The notes under the pieces were generated by a model. That model was given only the letters and a program-made list of their open reading frames with translations, made no database searches and was not told the DNA's origin. A stretch of 64,000 nt of DNA from Camelus ferus (taxonomy: Eukaryota): positions 7,566,001 through 7,630,000 of the forward strand of contig NC_045696.1 of assembly GCF_009834535.1 (NCBI RefSeq), written 5' to 3'. Shown piece after piece: positions 1 through 12,354 of this stretch. The position numbers and the translations under genes were made by a program. Numbering within the stretch: the first letter of the stretch is position 1; every line of letters begins with the position of its first letter.

Positions 1-449
1 TGCAGCGTAGTTTGCAATGACAACATTTTGGAAATAACCTTAGTGACCATGCATTGGCAATTGGTTAAACTCTGATACATCCACACAAGGGGGTACTATG
101 CAGTTGTAAGAAAGAGTGAGGAAGATTTCTTTGAACTGGTATGGAGTGATTTCTCAGATATATTCATAAGTGAAAAAAATTTAAATACAAGAGAATCATA
201 TATTATGTCTTTTTTGTATAAAACAAAGGGAAATAGTAAAATATTCAAGTATTTCCTATTTTTGCAAAAAAAAAATATCAGGAAGAATAAACTAGAAACG
301 AATAAATTGGTTACTTAAAGTGAGTCGGTAGGGATGGGGTAAAAGCCTAAGAGGAAATAACAGTTACTCAAGCATACCTTCTGTTTTTTGGTACCTTTGA
401 CTTTTAGAAACATGTGAGTATTTTAATATTCAAAAAATAAAATTCTGGT

Positions 450-567
450 GGGGAGGCTATAGCTCAGTGGTAGAGGGCATGCCTAGCATGCACAAGGTCC
501 TGGGTTCAATCTCCAGAGCCTATATTAAAAATAAATTAATAAATCTACCCCCCCATTTAAAAAAAAT
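450..567 (+). mobile_element. tRNA-Ala-derived SINE (camelid vic-1-like)
   Basis: GGGGAGGCTATAGCTCAGTGGTAGAG (A box) ... GGTTCAATC (B box), then A-rich, C-run and A tail. Confidence 0.85.
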
Positions 568-1449
568 TTAAGTTAGTAGAGATGGGGGAAAGAAACCTAA
601 AATTGAATACAAAAAGAATTAAACAAATGAACTAAACTGTGTATAGTGAATTAACCAAAAGAAAGAAAAGTAAACCCAAATTTCTTTTGAACAGAGCTCT
701 TGACTATGCACCTTTTGTGTGTAAACAATTAAACAAAACTACAAAGGAAATTTGAACTTCACTTAGTTGGTGGTGGTCTGGGGTAGCAATTGTGAAAATA
801 CTTTCTGTGTACAGTGGGATTGTGTACAGTAACTATGATGATATTGTTGGGAGCGAGGACCCTCACTGTGGGAGAAGGGTGATACAAACGTGGAGAGAGG
901 GGAGGCAAGGAAGAGCTCTGTGGGTTGGACTCTATTTCCTAGATCTGTCTGCCGAAAGAGCCCTGGGAGCAGGGCCACCCAACAGCCTAGTATTCAGAGT
1001 TTAATTTCTAAATCCCATTCTCCAGAGTTGTTTGGAGAAGTGGCTCACTCAGGAGGGCAGGGAAAGTGACAGATGAGCCAGGAACTGCTTGTTGTTCCAG
1101 CTGAAAGCAAGGTTCTCAAAGAATGATGGGGACAGGTCAGGAGGATCCAGGGACCAGCTCAGCCACTGCTTCCAGTGGCCAAAGTTGGAACAATTTGAGC
1201 ATCCAAGTGAGTAATGACAGTAATAAATTCTCACATTGAAAAAAATAATCCATTAATCCAGAGTGATATTAAAAAGCAAATAAACTTATAAGCAAATAGA
1301 GGTAAAAGGGTCAGTTCGTTATGGTAATATGGCTGCTAATAAATGCTGAAGAAACAATAAAGAGTTAGAAAAGTTGTCTCATTGCAACTATTCTAACAAT
1401 AGCTGATTCAGGCAGGAATCACTGATGGATATTAAAACCACTGGTGAAA

Positions 1450-1606
1450 GGGGAAGGTACAGCTCAGTGGTGGAGTGCATGCTTAGCATGCCTGAGGTCC
1501 TGGGTTCAATCCCCAGTACTTCTGTTAAAAACAAATAAATAAATAAGCTAAATTACCTCCCCTCCCTGCGAAGGAATTCTAATTAAAAAAAAAATTGAAA
1601 AGAAAA
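1450..1606 (+). mobile_element. tRNA-Ala-derived SINE (vic-1-like)
   Basis: A and B boxes, CTTAGCATG anticodon arm, AATAAA/AATTACCTCCCC tail, degenerate TSD (accactggtgaa / cccactagtaaa). Confidence 0.85.
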
Positions 1607-2889
1607 AGACCCACTAGTAAAAGCTTGTTGGGGAATAAGATATTACACAGTCTCAAAGGATTAGTCCACAGATTATTTATTAATAACAAAGTTCAAAAAG
1701 GAAGCTTTATAGTGGGAAAATCCAGTGGATACCACTTTAACCATATGATCAAAGTCAGCATCATCGTTCTTCCAACTGACATCAGGTGCCAAAAATGCAT
1801 AACCTGACTTGGATTATGAGGTAATATAGACAAACTGAAACTGAGAGACAGGCTGCAGAATAATGGGCCTGACTCAAAAAATATTAAAGTCACAAAAGAC
1901 AAAGATGAAGGAACTGTTCCAGATTAAAGGGGAATAAAGAGACACGACAACTACATGAAATGCGTGAGTTTGAAGTGGGAAAAATAATATTGCATAAAGG
2001 ATGTTATTAGGAAAGCTGGCAAAATGTGAATATGCACTGAGTAGCAGATATTAGCATTGGATCAATGTTAAATTTTCTGTATTTGATTATTGCAAGGAAT
2101 TTGCCTAAGAGAGCCTTCCTGTTCTTAGGAAATATACCCTGAAGCATGTCTGGGTGAAGAGGCATGATTTCTGCAACTTAATCTCAGATGGTTCAGGGAA
2201 GAAAAAGAGTCTCTGTTATAACTTGTACAAGGTATAACATATTGTATCACATTTTATCAGAATGCGCACAATGTGTTTCCTATTGCTCCACATTAACAAT
2301 TTTCCAGTTAAAAAAAATCTCTTATGAACAGGGTTGCTATTAACGTTTTTACAAATAAAATTTCTTTCTTCATTTGTTACCATTTTTTAGGATAAATGCC
2401 TAGAATTATGAATACCAAATCAAGGAGTGTACATGTTTTTATGGCCTTTAAGGTGAGAGTAGTAATTCAAGATGCCAAGAGTGGCTGATTTAAATAGAAA
2501 GTTGTATGTAACATGGGATGTGAGGGCACAGAGCTACAAATAGCAGGAAATTCTGAAAGCAGCTGCTCACGCAAAGGACTCTCTCGTATTACTGGAAAAC
2601 TCCACACATTGTGCTTCCAGCAGACTTTTTAGGTTAATAACACCCTGCCATTGTCCTAGGACCTGTGGGTCTAATCCAAGCTGCCGTGGCCTAAATTTAA
2701 ATGTTGGACAATAAGGGATTTGTGATTAGCTGGCTCATTGCCTCTGGAGGAGTCTCCTAAGAACCACAATGTGATGTTTTGTGTTCAAGAACCTTGGAAT
2801 TCACCAAGACAGCTGTGAAAATCACTATCAATCTAAAATCAAAAAGAAAGAGTATTTAGCTTAAAAGATACTGAGTTGAAACAAAAATC

Positions 2890-3400
2890 ACTGGTAATGG
2901 GAATGTAAATTGGTATAACTAGTTTGGAAGACAGTTTAGCATTATCTTTTAACACTGAGCATTAATTTGATCCAGTAATTCTTCTAGGTCTGTTCCCAGA
3001 GAAACACTTGCCTATGGGCCTCGAAGACAAGAGGATGATCAGAGCAGCATTGTTTGTCAGCAAACAAGCTGGAAATAACCCAGTGTCCACCAGTAGCACA
3101 ATGGCTAAACAAATTATGGTTAGTCATACAATAGAACATTATATTACAGTGAAAATGAATAAAGTACAGCTATGCACAATTGTATGTGTGAATCTTAGCA
3201 ATGAGTGGAAAAAATGCAAGCCTCAGAAAGTTACTTATTGAATAATATAATTTTATAATACTAAAAAAAAATGCACTGTATAGAGATGCATCCATTTGTA
3301 TTAAGAATTATTATTTTTTTAAAGCAAGGGAATAATAACTGTAAAATTGAGGATAGGGAGGCTGGGGGATGGGGTAGACAAGAAATACAAAGTTGTTTTT
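2890..3400 (+). mobile_element. Old L1 (L1ME-like) 3' fragment
   Basis: gggaatgtaaattggtataact...gcagcattgtttgt...aaattatggttagtcatacaatagaa resembles the L1 ORF2 end and 3' UTR. Confidence 0.6.
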
Positions 3401-3421
3401 TTTTTTTAATGTACATTGTAT

Positions 3422-3554
3422 GGGGGGGAGGGTATAGGTCAGTGGTAAAGCTCATGCTTAGCATGCACGAGGTCCTGGGTTCAATCCTCAGGATCACTGT
3501 TAAAAACAAACAAACAAACCTAATTACCCCCCCATCTTTAAAAAAAAAAAAAAA
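3422..3554 (+). mobile_element. tRNA-Ala-derived SINE (vic-1-like)
   Basis: Same head and tail pattern, ending in poly(A). Confidence 0.85.
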
Positions 3555-4287
3555 GTCACTGTAAAATTTCCAGGAGACATAGCCAAGATGAAGTGTTTAC
3601 CAAACAGTTTATCACTTTATTTGATTTCAAAGCTTCTCCAGGGGCAATGCAACCTTTCATGGGTGATGAAAATCTAGGAGGGTAGTTAATCATTAGGATG
3701 GCAGGTCCCAGTTGGCTAGATTCAAGGGGTGCAGTCGGCAGGATACAATTTAACAGGAATAAACATGTTGACACTGGTTTTAAATATCAGCAGCAAAAGT
3801 ACAGAATTAGGATTAGTGACTTTTAGGGAAAAAAGTCTTTAGAATTTTATATGAATGCATGTTCAGTAAGTTGTCAAGCTCATCTGGCAATATTCTAGTT
3901 CTTATGTTGAGGGGTGGGCACACAATGAACGTTTTAGTACTAGACTTCGTACCTCACATATAGGTTACAGAAATTCTATTGAATGTGCTGAGTAGTAGGT
4001 TACAATTTAAAAAAATCACTGGTGTCTATTATTTTTGTATGTTGAATTTGAAAATTGCAATGTAGATAAAATCAGGAAACCATAAAATGTTAGAATTAGA
4101 AGAGGCCTTCAAGATGATGGTCTAATCTGAAATATAACCATTTAAGAATTATAAGTACTAGGGAATATTTATAGTTTGAGAAGTTGGGGGAGGACTCTCT
4201 AAACATAACATCAATGGAAAAAGTCATGAAAAAAACTGAGATTTTATTTAATTAAAATGCAAAAATAATGCATCAAAAATCATGTTA

Positions 4288-4390
4288 GGAGGGTGAGTAT
4301 AGCTCAGTGGTACAGTGCATGCTTAACATGCACGAGGTCTGGGGTTCAATCCCCAGTACCTCCACTAAAAAAAAAAAAAAAAAAAAGGAA
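4288..4390 (+). mobile_element. tRNA-Ala-derived SINE, short form with poly(A)
   Basis: tRNA head then an A run. TSD aaaatcatgtta / aaaatcatctta. Confidence 0.85.
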
Positions 4391-4399
4391 GAAAATCAT

Positions 4400-5680
4400 C
4401 TTAAACTAAATTAAAAGGCAAATGATAACCTGGGTTAAAAACATACCAGAAGTATATGCCAGCCCAGAGTAAAATGGCAATGGACTTTAGCACAGCAAAG
4501 GAAACTATCAACAAAATGAGAAAATAGCCTACTGAATGGGAGAAGATATTTGCAAACAATATGTTTACTAAGGGTTAATACCCAAAATATATAAAGAGCT
4601 CATACAGCTCAATATAAGAAAAAAACTTAATTAAAAAATAGGCATAAGACCTGAATAGACATTTTTCCAGAGAAGACATACAGATGGCCAACAGACATAT
4701 GAAAAGACATTCAACATCACTTATCATCAGGGAAATACAAATCAAAACCACAATGAAGGGAGAGTATAGATCAGTGGTAGACTGCATGCCTAGCATGCAT
4801 GAGGTCCTAGGTTCAATGCCCAGTACTTCCATTAAAATAAATAAATAAAATCTAATTACTGCACCCCCCCAAAAAAAATCCACAATGAGATATCACCTCA
4901 CACCTGTCAGAAAAGCTATCATAAAAAAAGACAATATGTAAGTGTTGGTGAGGATGTGGAGAAAAGGGAAACCTTGTACATTTTTGGTGGGATTGTAATT
5001 TGGTGCAGTCACTGTGAAAAACATTACGGAGGTGCCTCAAAAAATTAAAAATAGAACTGCCATATGATCTAGCAATTCAACTTTGGGGTATTTATCTAAA
5101 GACACTAATTTGAAAAGATATATGCATGCCAATGTTCATTACAGCATTGTTTGCAACAGCCAAGATATGGAAGCAACCCATATTAATTGATGTGTCCATT
5201 GATGAATGAATGGATAAAGAAGATGTGGTATACATATTTGTATAATGGAATATTACTCAGACATAAAAAAGGAAATATTGCCATTTGCAACAACATGGAT
5301 GGAGCTAGAGGGTATTATGGTGAGTGAACTAAGTCAGATAGAAAAAGACAAATACCATATATGGGGAATCTAAAAAACAAAACAAACAAAATAAAAACAG
5401 ACTCACAGATATAGAGAACAAATGGGTGGTTGAGGGGGTGAGGCAAAATAGGTAAAGGGGATTGAGGTACAAATCTCCAGTTAGGAAATAAATAGGCCAC
5501 AGGATGTAATATACAGAATAAGAAATACTGTCAATAATATTGTAATAACTTTGTAGGAGGACAGATTGTTACTAGACTTACGGTGATCATTGCATAATGT
5601 ATGCAAATGTCAAGTCACTATGTAGTATGCCTGAAACTAACAGTACTGTATGTCGACTATAATTCAATAACCAAGAAAAA
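4400..5680 (+). mobile_element. L1 3' portion (ORF2 C-terminal remnant and 3' UTR)
   Basis: Characteristic L1 text (gaatgggagaagatatttgcaaac, atatcacctcacacctgtcagaa, caacatggatggagctagagggtattatg) ending in an A-rich tail. Confidence 0.88.
4757..4875 (+). mobile_element. tRNA-Ala-derived SINE nested in L1
   Basis: TSD AAAACCACAATGA (4744-4756) / AAATCCACAATGA (4876-4888) splits the L1 ORF2 remnant. Confidence 0.88.
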
Positions 5681-5759
5681 AGAAAAATGGCAATGGATAT
5701 GAACAGATAATTTATAAATAAAAAATACAAATGACCAGTAAAACAATGGAAAAACATTT

Positions 5760-6064
5760 CTAATAAAACAAGTGAATGTATATAACAAAACAGAAATGGA
5801 TACCCAGGTAATAGGGAATAAACTAGTGTTTACCAGTGGGGAGAGGAAAGAAGGGAGGGGCAAGAGAGGAGTAGGGTACTTAGAGATACAAACTACTTAT
5901 TTATTATAAAATAAATAAGCAAAAAGTATGTCTTGTACAGCACAGCAAAATATAGCCATTAGTTTGTAATAACTTTAAATGGAGTATAATCTATTAAAAG
6001 TATTGAATCACTATGTTGTACACCTGAAATTAATATTGGAAATCAACTATACTTCAATAAAAAC
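5760..6064 (+). mobile_element. L1 3' UTR fragment
   Basis: Ends in aatcaactatacttcaataaaaa, the usual L1 3' terminus. Confidence 0.75.
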
Positions 6065-6114
6065 AACTAACATAAAAGTTTTTCTGGTAGTTCAAAAGGA
6101 AAGCTAATCTTTTA

Positions 6115-6345
6115 TTTTTTATTTTTTTTTTAACATTTTTTATTGATTTATAATCATTTTACAATGTTGTGTCAAATTCCAGTGTTCAGCACAATTTTTC
6201 AGTCATTCATGGACATATACCACTCATTGTCACATTTTTTTCTCTGTGAGTTATCGTAACATTTTGTGTATATTTCCCTGTGCTATACAGTGTAATCTAT
6301 TCTACAATTTTGAAATCCCAGTCTATCCCTTCCCACCCTCCACCC
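6115..6345 (-). mobile_element. Young 5'-truncated L1 insertion
   Basis: Poly(T) plus L1 3' UTR in reverse. Perfect 17-bp TSD GGAAAGCTAATCTTTTA at 6098-6114 and 6346-6362. Confidence 0.88.
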
Positions 6346-7499
6346 GGAAAGCTAATCTTTTAAAGAGATACCATTTTTCATTAATCAAGACAACAAAGTT
6401 GTTTTAAAACTTGTATTAAAACGCTTGCTATTGACAAAAGTGTGCTAAACTAAGCCCTCAGTCTTTTATAAGAAGATAAAGTTGTACAACATTTGAGGTA
6501 AGAAGTCAGGCTTTGTATTTCCATAGTTTTGGAAATGTTCCTGTCCTTTGGCCCAATAATCTTACTTATAGGAGCATAAGAATATATCCCAAACAATTAC
6601 CAGAAGGGTGGCTAGAAAGTTTTGTATAGGACTGTTCCTTTTAGCATTAGGAGAGCAAACACTTGGGGAAAAAACAGTCCCAACAACAGAAGAATGGCTA
6701 AACAAATCTTGGGACACTCAAAAGTGGACTATTTTGTAGGCATCAAAAAATCATTGAAGATGTTGATTCTGATCGCCCCTGAATTTCAGCCCTCCCATTT
6801 ATCAGAAACCTTAGCGGTGACGGTAGATCTCACCTTGAGATTTTCTCTTACCTGGAGTCATTCTGCCCACCATCCATGAGCACTTCCCTGGAGGTCAGAC
6901 ACCATTGTTCTTCCTTTGGGGGCGAGTATTATAACTGATGCCATGTGGCAGTCTGGGCCCCACCACAGAATAATGAATTCCCTATTCCCTAGCAGAGAAG
7001 GCAACCTCAAGACCTTGCTTGAAGTTGCTGTGCTGAAAGTGAAGGATTCTGGGGTCAGATGGCAGAAACAAGAATCCCTCGTCTCTAGGTGTTGCCCTTA
7101 GTAAAGGAGAAGTAAGAGTTAATAGATCCAGATCTCAATGACTCTTGTAATGAAGGAAGGAGTAACTCTGGGAAAAGAAATCCACTGAGTAAGCAATTTA
7201 AGCCCCATACCCTGTAACTCCTTCTCCAGACATCCTATCAAAAGCAGCCCAACTTGGCTACTTTTCTTCCTCACTCATTCAGCAAAAACCTTTGCTGAGT
7301 CAGAAATACAGACAGATCTTGTCCCTGCCCCCCGAGGGTTTCCAGTCTCAAGGGGAAGGCAGACACACTGTACCGGCAGTGACAGGGGTGGCTGTGTGTT
7401 GTTGCAGGCAAGTGTGGAAGGGGGCCTCTTGCCACCCACAAGGAGGTGACATTTTGACATTTAAGGCAAGACCTAATATTTCAGTTTTTCAGGTAGGAG

Positions 7500-7970
7500 G
7501 CTGCTGGGGCAGGCGAGGCCGTGTTCTTGGCCGCCGAGTGGAGGAGGGCAGCGGGAAGGCTGGTCCGGACCAGCCAGAAGCCCCCGCCAGTGTGGGCAGC
7601 GGCGGCCGGAGCGGTCAGGATTCGGGGCTGTGCCTGGGCAGCAGGGCCCCACCGAGGGGCAGCCCGACCTGCCCTTTCCCACGCCCCCGCTGCTCTGCCC
7701 TTGGTGACGACGCCCCTGCCCCCCTCGGGTGCATCTCCGAGGCGGCCACCCACTCCGTTGGCCTCGGTGCAGCGCCGGGCACAGGTGCCAGGCCCGGAGG
7801 CCGGGAGCGCGGCGGCGGGGGTCCGGGGCTCGGCCCGCAGGCACGCGCAGAGCGGATTCCCGGGGCTCTGTCTCGCCAGGTAAAGGGACAGGGCGCGGGG
7901 GGCACGCTGGTCGGTGGGTCGCCTAAGAAAGCGCTCAGGTTTTCTGCCTTTGATCATGCCCGGGAGGGAG
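7500..7970. promoter_or_regulatory. Upstream CpG island; probable distal HLCS promoter and non-coding first exon (donor after 7879)
   Basis: CpG-dense GC-rich block in an otherwise CpG-poor region, with + strand donor CAG|GTAAAG at 7879/7880. The CpG island is directly seen; its link to HLCS is inferred. Confidence 0.6.
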
Positions 7971-9319
7971 TTATTTATAGGAAGGAATAGTTTAATCACG
8001 GCTTGCTCTTCTGCTTTTGCTTTTTTCATTTTCAAGATGCCTGACTGGGGGCTGGATGCAGTCAGCTTTCCAGGGCTGGAATCTTGTTCAAAGCGGGCTG
8101 CATAAAGCAGTTCCAATTTAGCTGCATCATCGGCTCTTGGCTTGGCCAGGAAACGGCTCGTCCTCTACTTAGGGCTTTATAGGCATTTTATAAACACGGA
8201 ACATCGCAGCCCTGTGGTTACCGAGTTGCTTCTTCCTTTACCACATTTTCTCTTTTTATTTCACCGACTTATTTTATTATAAACTTTTAGCTTTTGGGGC
8301 TAAGAAGCAGTGTTTGTATAAAGGCATTTTAAAGATCAAAGTTTGTCCTGCAAAGCAAGGGACATCAACCAGGGGCACTGCAGCTTCCCTGGACCCCTTC
8401 CTGGAGACTGGATAGTGGTGCCTCAATGGAAGCAAATTCAGTGAATAAAGCAGCAAAGCCCAGGCTGCAGTCGTGAGGGACTGCATGAATGCTCCCAGTG
8501 ATTCTTTCCACCAAACCTCCCTTCCCAGACCCATGAAATTTCCAGTAGCAACGGTTTATAATAGGTATGACTTTTTTTTCCCTCCTCCTTTTAAACAGTG
8601 ATTGGCTTTCTCTAAACACTAAAGTTTCAGTTTCTATGGGAAAATGTTGGCTGAGAGAGAAGAGATTTTTATTATGTGACTCACTGGCATTTTTGTGCAG
8701 CTTTCAGCCACAAGGAGAACCTAGCTGTCCTGGGTGTCACTGCAGTGTCTGCCATTTCAGGCTGAGTCTGCTTTTTGATAGTCATCTTCATCTGTGCTTT
8801 GCTTGGTGACACACACACTCCCAGGGCACTCTGCCTTAGGGCCTTTTTAGCTTTTGACCCCTCAGTCCTTTTACTTCCCCACTTCTCCCTTGATGCCCCT
8901 CTGCTCGTCTCTTTGTTCTTTCTTACCCCCTTCGCAGGGCTTAGAGATGCGCTGTCCTGGATGCCACCCAGCAAATCTTCAGGATGTAGTTTGGATCAGA
9001 GTGTTTCTGTCCTCCGTCCTACACACTGCGGGGTCCTACTCTGAATTTTCTAAATTAACGTGACAGACACCATTAAAAGCAGTAGCCCAGGGCTTGACAC
9101 TGACTTCAGTTTAAATCTTACTCCGTTGGGAGATGAAATGACTTAACCTGGAGAAGTGACTCAAGTGGTGGGTCCGTCAGGCACGTGATTGACCAGCTGA
9201 GGAAAAGTTTTAGGCAGATACTCTTTACCCTGCCCAAGAAAGGCAAGTCCGTCTCCTGGAAAAGAGCCCCCCTGTGCATAGACCTCAGAGCCTGAGCTTC
9301 CCGCACCCTGAAGTTCTCA

Positions 9320-9363
9320 TGAGGATGAAATGAAAGTGCCTTGAGGATGAAATGAAAGTGCCT
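9320..9363. repeat. Perfect 22-bp tandem duplication (TGAGGATGAAATGAAAGTGCCT x2)
   Basis: Read directly from the sequence. Confidence 0.95.
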
Positions 9364-9756
9364 TGCTCTTCTATTCCAGTTGACTTGGTCCACGTGGGCT
9401 GTTCCTCGATCAGAACAGTTAGCACTCAGCTTTTGGTGCCCATCTCCTTCATCCTCACAGCTGACACCTTGTGGATGCTATTATTCCTGCAGTAGAGCTG
9501 TGGAAACAGGACCAGCTCACCATCACGGGGCCACTGTCTGCGTTCACGTGTGTGTGCATAGTTGGGGGTCTGGGGCTGGATGCCTGACTTCAGACCGTGG
9601 TCTCTAGTGCTTGACCACACAAAACAGCAGCTCACACAGGCTCAGCCCTGGGTGCTGGGCTGCTAATGCCCTTTCTCATTTTAGTTGTAAAGGTTTTAGT
9701 CAATTTTCCCGTTCATTCGACCTCCATACCTGGCCCTTGAAAAGTAAGCTCTTTGA

Positions 9757-9889
9757 GGGGAAGGTATAGCTCAAGTGGTAGAGCGCATGCTTAGCATGCA
9801 GAAGGTCCTGGTTTCAATCCCCAGTACTGCCTCTAAAAATAACGAAATAAATAAACCTAATCACCTCCCTCCCACCCCTAAAACCAAAT
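9757..9889 (+). mobile_element. tRNA-Ala-derived SINE (vic-1-like)
   Basis: Head and tail pattern. TSD aaaagtaagctctttg / aaaagtgagatctttg. Confidence 0.88.
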
Positions 9890-11089
9890 AAAAGTGAGAT
9901 CTTTGTTAAGAAAATGGTTCAGGATTGCTAGGAAGACAAACTATACTCAGAGCAAGTGAGACGAGCTCACCTGTTCGCAGCTGTCTCTGATCCACTGAGG
10001 TAGTTTATACCTTTGAGGCTGCTGTGTGCTTTGTGAGTGTGTGTGATGTTGTCTGGTCTTCCGGAAACTTATGGTACTAATCACCCCAACTGGAGGTCCT
10101 GACTCTCCTCCCCAAACAGAAAGATTTTTACATGTCTGGGATGTAAAGGACCACTCCCCTCTGCTGGATGAAGATAAATTTGCTTTCTTTGGAGAAAATT
10201 TTGAGTACTTCGCTCTCTAGTGGTCAACTGGGTAAAAGAGATCACAGTTCTACCTCACTTTACAAATAGAGTTATCAGCCAGTTTAATTTTAAAACCTTC
10301 TATGGAGCACCTACTATGTGCCACTGCAGTGCCAAATACCGGGGATATGGAGGTGAATAAGAGGTCACTGCAAATCAAATCCTCGTAAATAGAATCACGT
10401 TGTAAATGATTAGGATCTGAGAAGTTTTGAGCTTGAAGGGGAAGTTAGAGACGATCTGGTTTGTGTCCCTCCTGCTTTTTCAAGTAGTCGAAAAACTGGG
10501 GTCCAGAGAGATGAAATGATGTGCTTAAGACTGCACGGCTAGTTAGGGACAGGGGAATTGTGCCAGTGAAATTCAGTGGAAGGTCATCCTTTAATCTTCA
10601 TAACTTTTAATTTGGAAACAATTTTGGACTTACAAAAAAGATGCAAACTACAGACTTCAGATTTCACCAGTTTCCCCACTAAAGCCCTTTTTTCTATTCC
10701 AGGAGCCAATTCAGGATCCCACATTGCATTTCTAGACTCGTTTTCTAACTTGGGATTTTCCTGCACCTGAGGTTCCGTAAAACAGTAATGAATTAGTGAC
10801 ATTTGGTTGTTGGACAGAAAATGTGTCCGAAGTCCCTTCTGTCTACTGGACTATGTATGCTTTGTTTGTTTTCAGAGCCAGCTGTCTGCCCTGGTGATGT
10901 CAATGAAATCCCACCTGCAGCTTTCTGGGTGTTAAATGCCACCCAGCCCATCTGATCTGCATATAAACGGCTGTCCTCAGGGCCAGCAGGGGCACACCCT
11001 GAACCTTCTGCCACCGTTGAGTCTCATTTCTACTTATTGATTGTTGTGCATGCAGCATTCTTTGCTCCCAGGTGCCCAGTTTATCAAGT

Positions 11090-11290
11090 GAAGGACTTCG
11101 GAGCCAGAAAGACATAAATTCAGCCCCCAGCTTCCCCACCTAGTAGTTGTGGGACCTTGAGAAAGTCACTTAGTTGCTCTAAAATTCAATTTCCTCCTCT
11201 GCTGGGGACGGGAGCTCTCTTGCAGAATTATTGAGAGGGTTAAATGAAAGAGTGTGCGGTGATGAGCAGTGCTTGGTGCCTGGCAGCTGT
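11090..11290 (+). mobile_element. MIR SINE
   Basis: gaccttgagaaagtcacttagttgctct...tttcctcctctg...gagggttaaatga MIR core. Confidence 0.65.
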
Positions 11291-11329
11291 GGAGTAAGTA
11301 AATGGATGGATGGCACTAAAGGGAGGTTA

Positions 11330-11990
11330 GGTGGGTACTATGGAAGGTCTTGAATACCAGGCAGGACCCCCTGAAGTTGCCGGTGGGCAGGGGTGGCCAC
11401 TGAAGGGTTCGAGAAGGGAAGTGATGGGATCAGGGCTGCACTTTATAGAGTCAAACACAGGAGTCCTGCAGGGAATTAGCAAGGAGCCATCACGTTATTT
11501 CCAATGAGAGCAGAATGCAGGCCTGGACTGGAGGAGCAGTGATGGAAAGAGAAGACCCATGAGACACTGTGTGGAGGTACCACCAACTGATACAGAAATA
11601 AACAGGACGCAGGATCGAGAGGAGGAGGGACTCCAAGATGAGTAAGTTCTAGGTCCAGGTGAAAAGGAGAATGTGATGTCCTTAACAGAGACAGAAATCA
11701 AGATGAAGAGGTAATCTGTGGGAGAAAAATGCATCTGGTTTTATTCATGTTGCTTCTGAGATACCAAGAGACTATCCAAGTAGAGATACGGAGAAGCCAC
11801 GATTGTGGCACTGGAGCCTGGGCGAGGCCAGAGGATCTGAGCATTGTGGCCAGAGGGGTGGCCACTGAAACTGAGTGGGCAGATGGAACCACCCAGGAAG
11901 AGAATGTAGGTGAGGCCAGAAGTTGGGGGCAAAGGCTCAAGTGTGCCCCATGTGTTCAAAGGGTCAGAGACACAGAAGAGGTGCTGAGAA
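11330..11990 (-). mobile_element. L2 fragment
   Basis: Purine-rich degraded text typical of antisense L2 (ggaagtgatgggatcagggctgcacttt, ggagcctgggcgaggccaga). Confidence 0.5.
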
Positions 11991-11996
11991 CTAGGG

Positions 11997-12354
11997 TGTA
12001 TGAGTCAGCTCTGGTTGCCGTAACAAAGGACCACAGACTGGCTTAAACAGCAGAAACTGACAGTCTGGAGGCCAGAGGTCCAAGATCACGGTATTGGCAG
12101 AGCTGGTTTCTTCTGAGGACTCCTCCCTTGCCTTGTACGTGGCCTTTTTCTCACTGTGTCTTCACACAGTCTCCTGAGGACTCCAGCCACGCTGGGTTGG
12201 AGCCCACGTGCGTGACCTCATTTTACTCTCGTCACCACTACAAAGGCCCTGTTTCCCAACAGAGTCACATTCTGAGGTGCTGAGGGTCAGAACCTCAGTG
12301 GAAGAATTTCTGTTGTGGGGCTGTGAGGGGGTCCTTTCAATTCAGCCCATAACA
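11997..12354 (-). mobile_element. MaLR solo LTR (MLT1-type)
   Basis: TG...CA termini and MLT1 motifs (ccacagactggcttaaacagcagaaa, ttcagcccataaca). Near-perfect 5-bp TSD taggg/tagga. Confidence 0.82.

Larger units (their letters stand above)
1..2200 (+). mobile_element. Old L1 (L1M-type) 3' region fragments, interrupted by SINEs
   Basis: A-rich sequence with motifs typical of ancient L1 3' ends (e.g. gtactatgcagttgtaagaaaga, accactttaaccatatgatcaaagt). Subfamily and continuity are uncertain. Confidence 0.55.

Noticed and set aside
1..7400. RIPPLY3 exons expected from human synteny
   Set aside because: No WRPW or Ripply-like coding sequence was seen, and the region is mostly L1 and SINE.
7292..8116. 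Several overlapping 96-232 aa ORFs on both strands
   Set aside because: They sit on a CpG island where stop codons are scarce. The products are low-complexity G/A/R/P with no recognisable protein.
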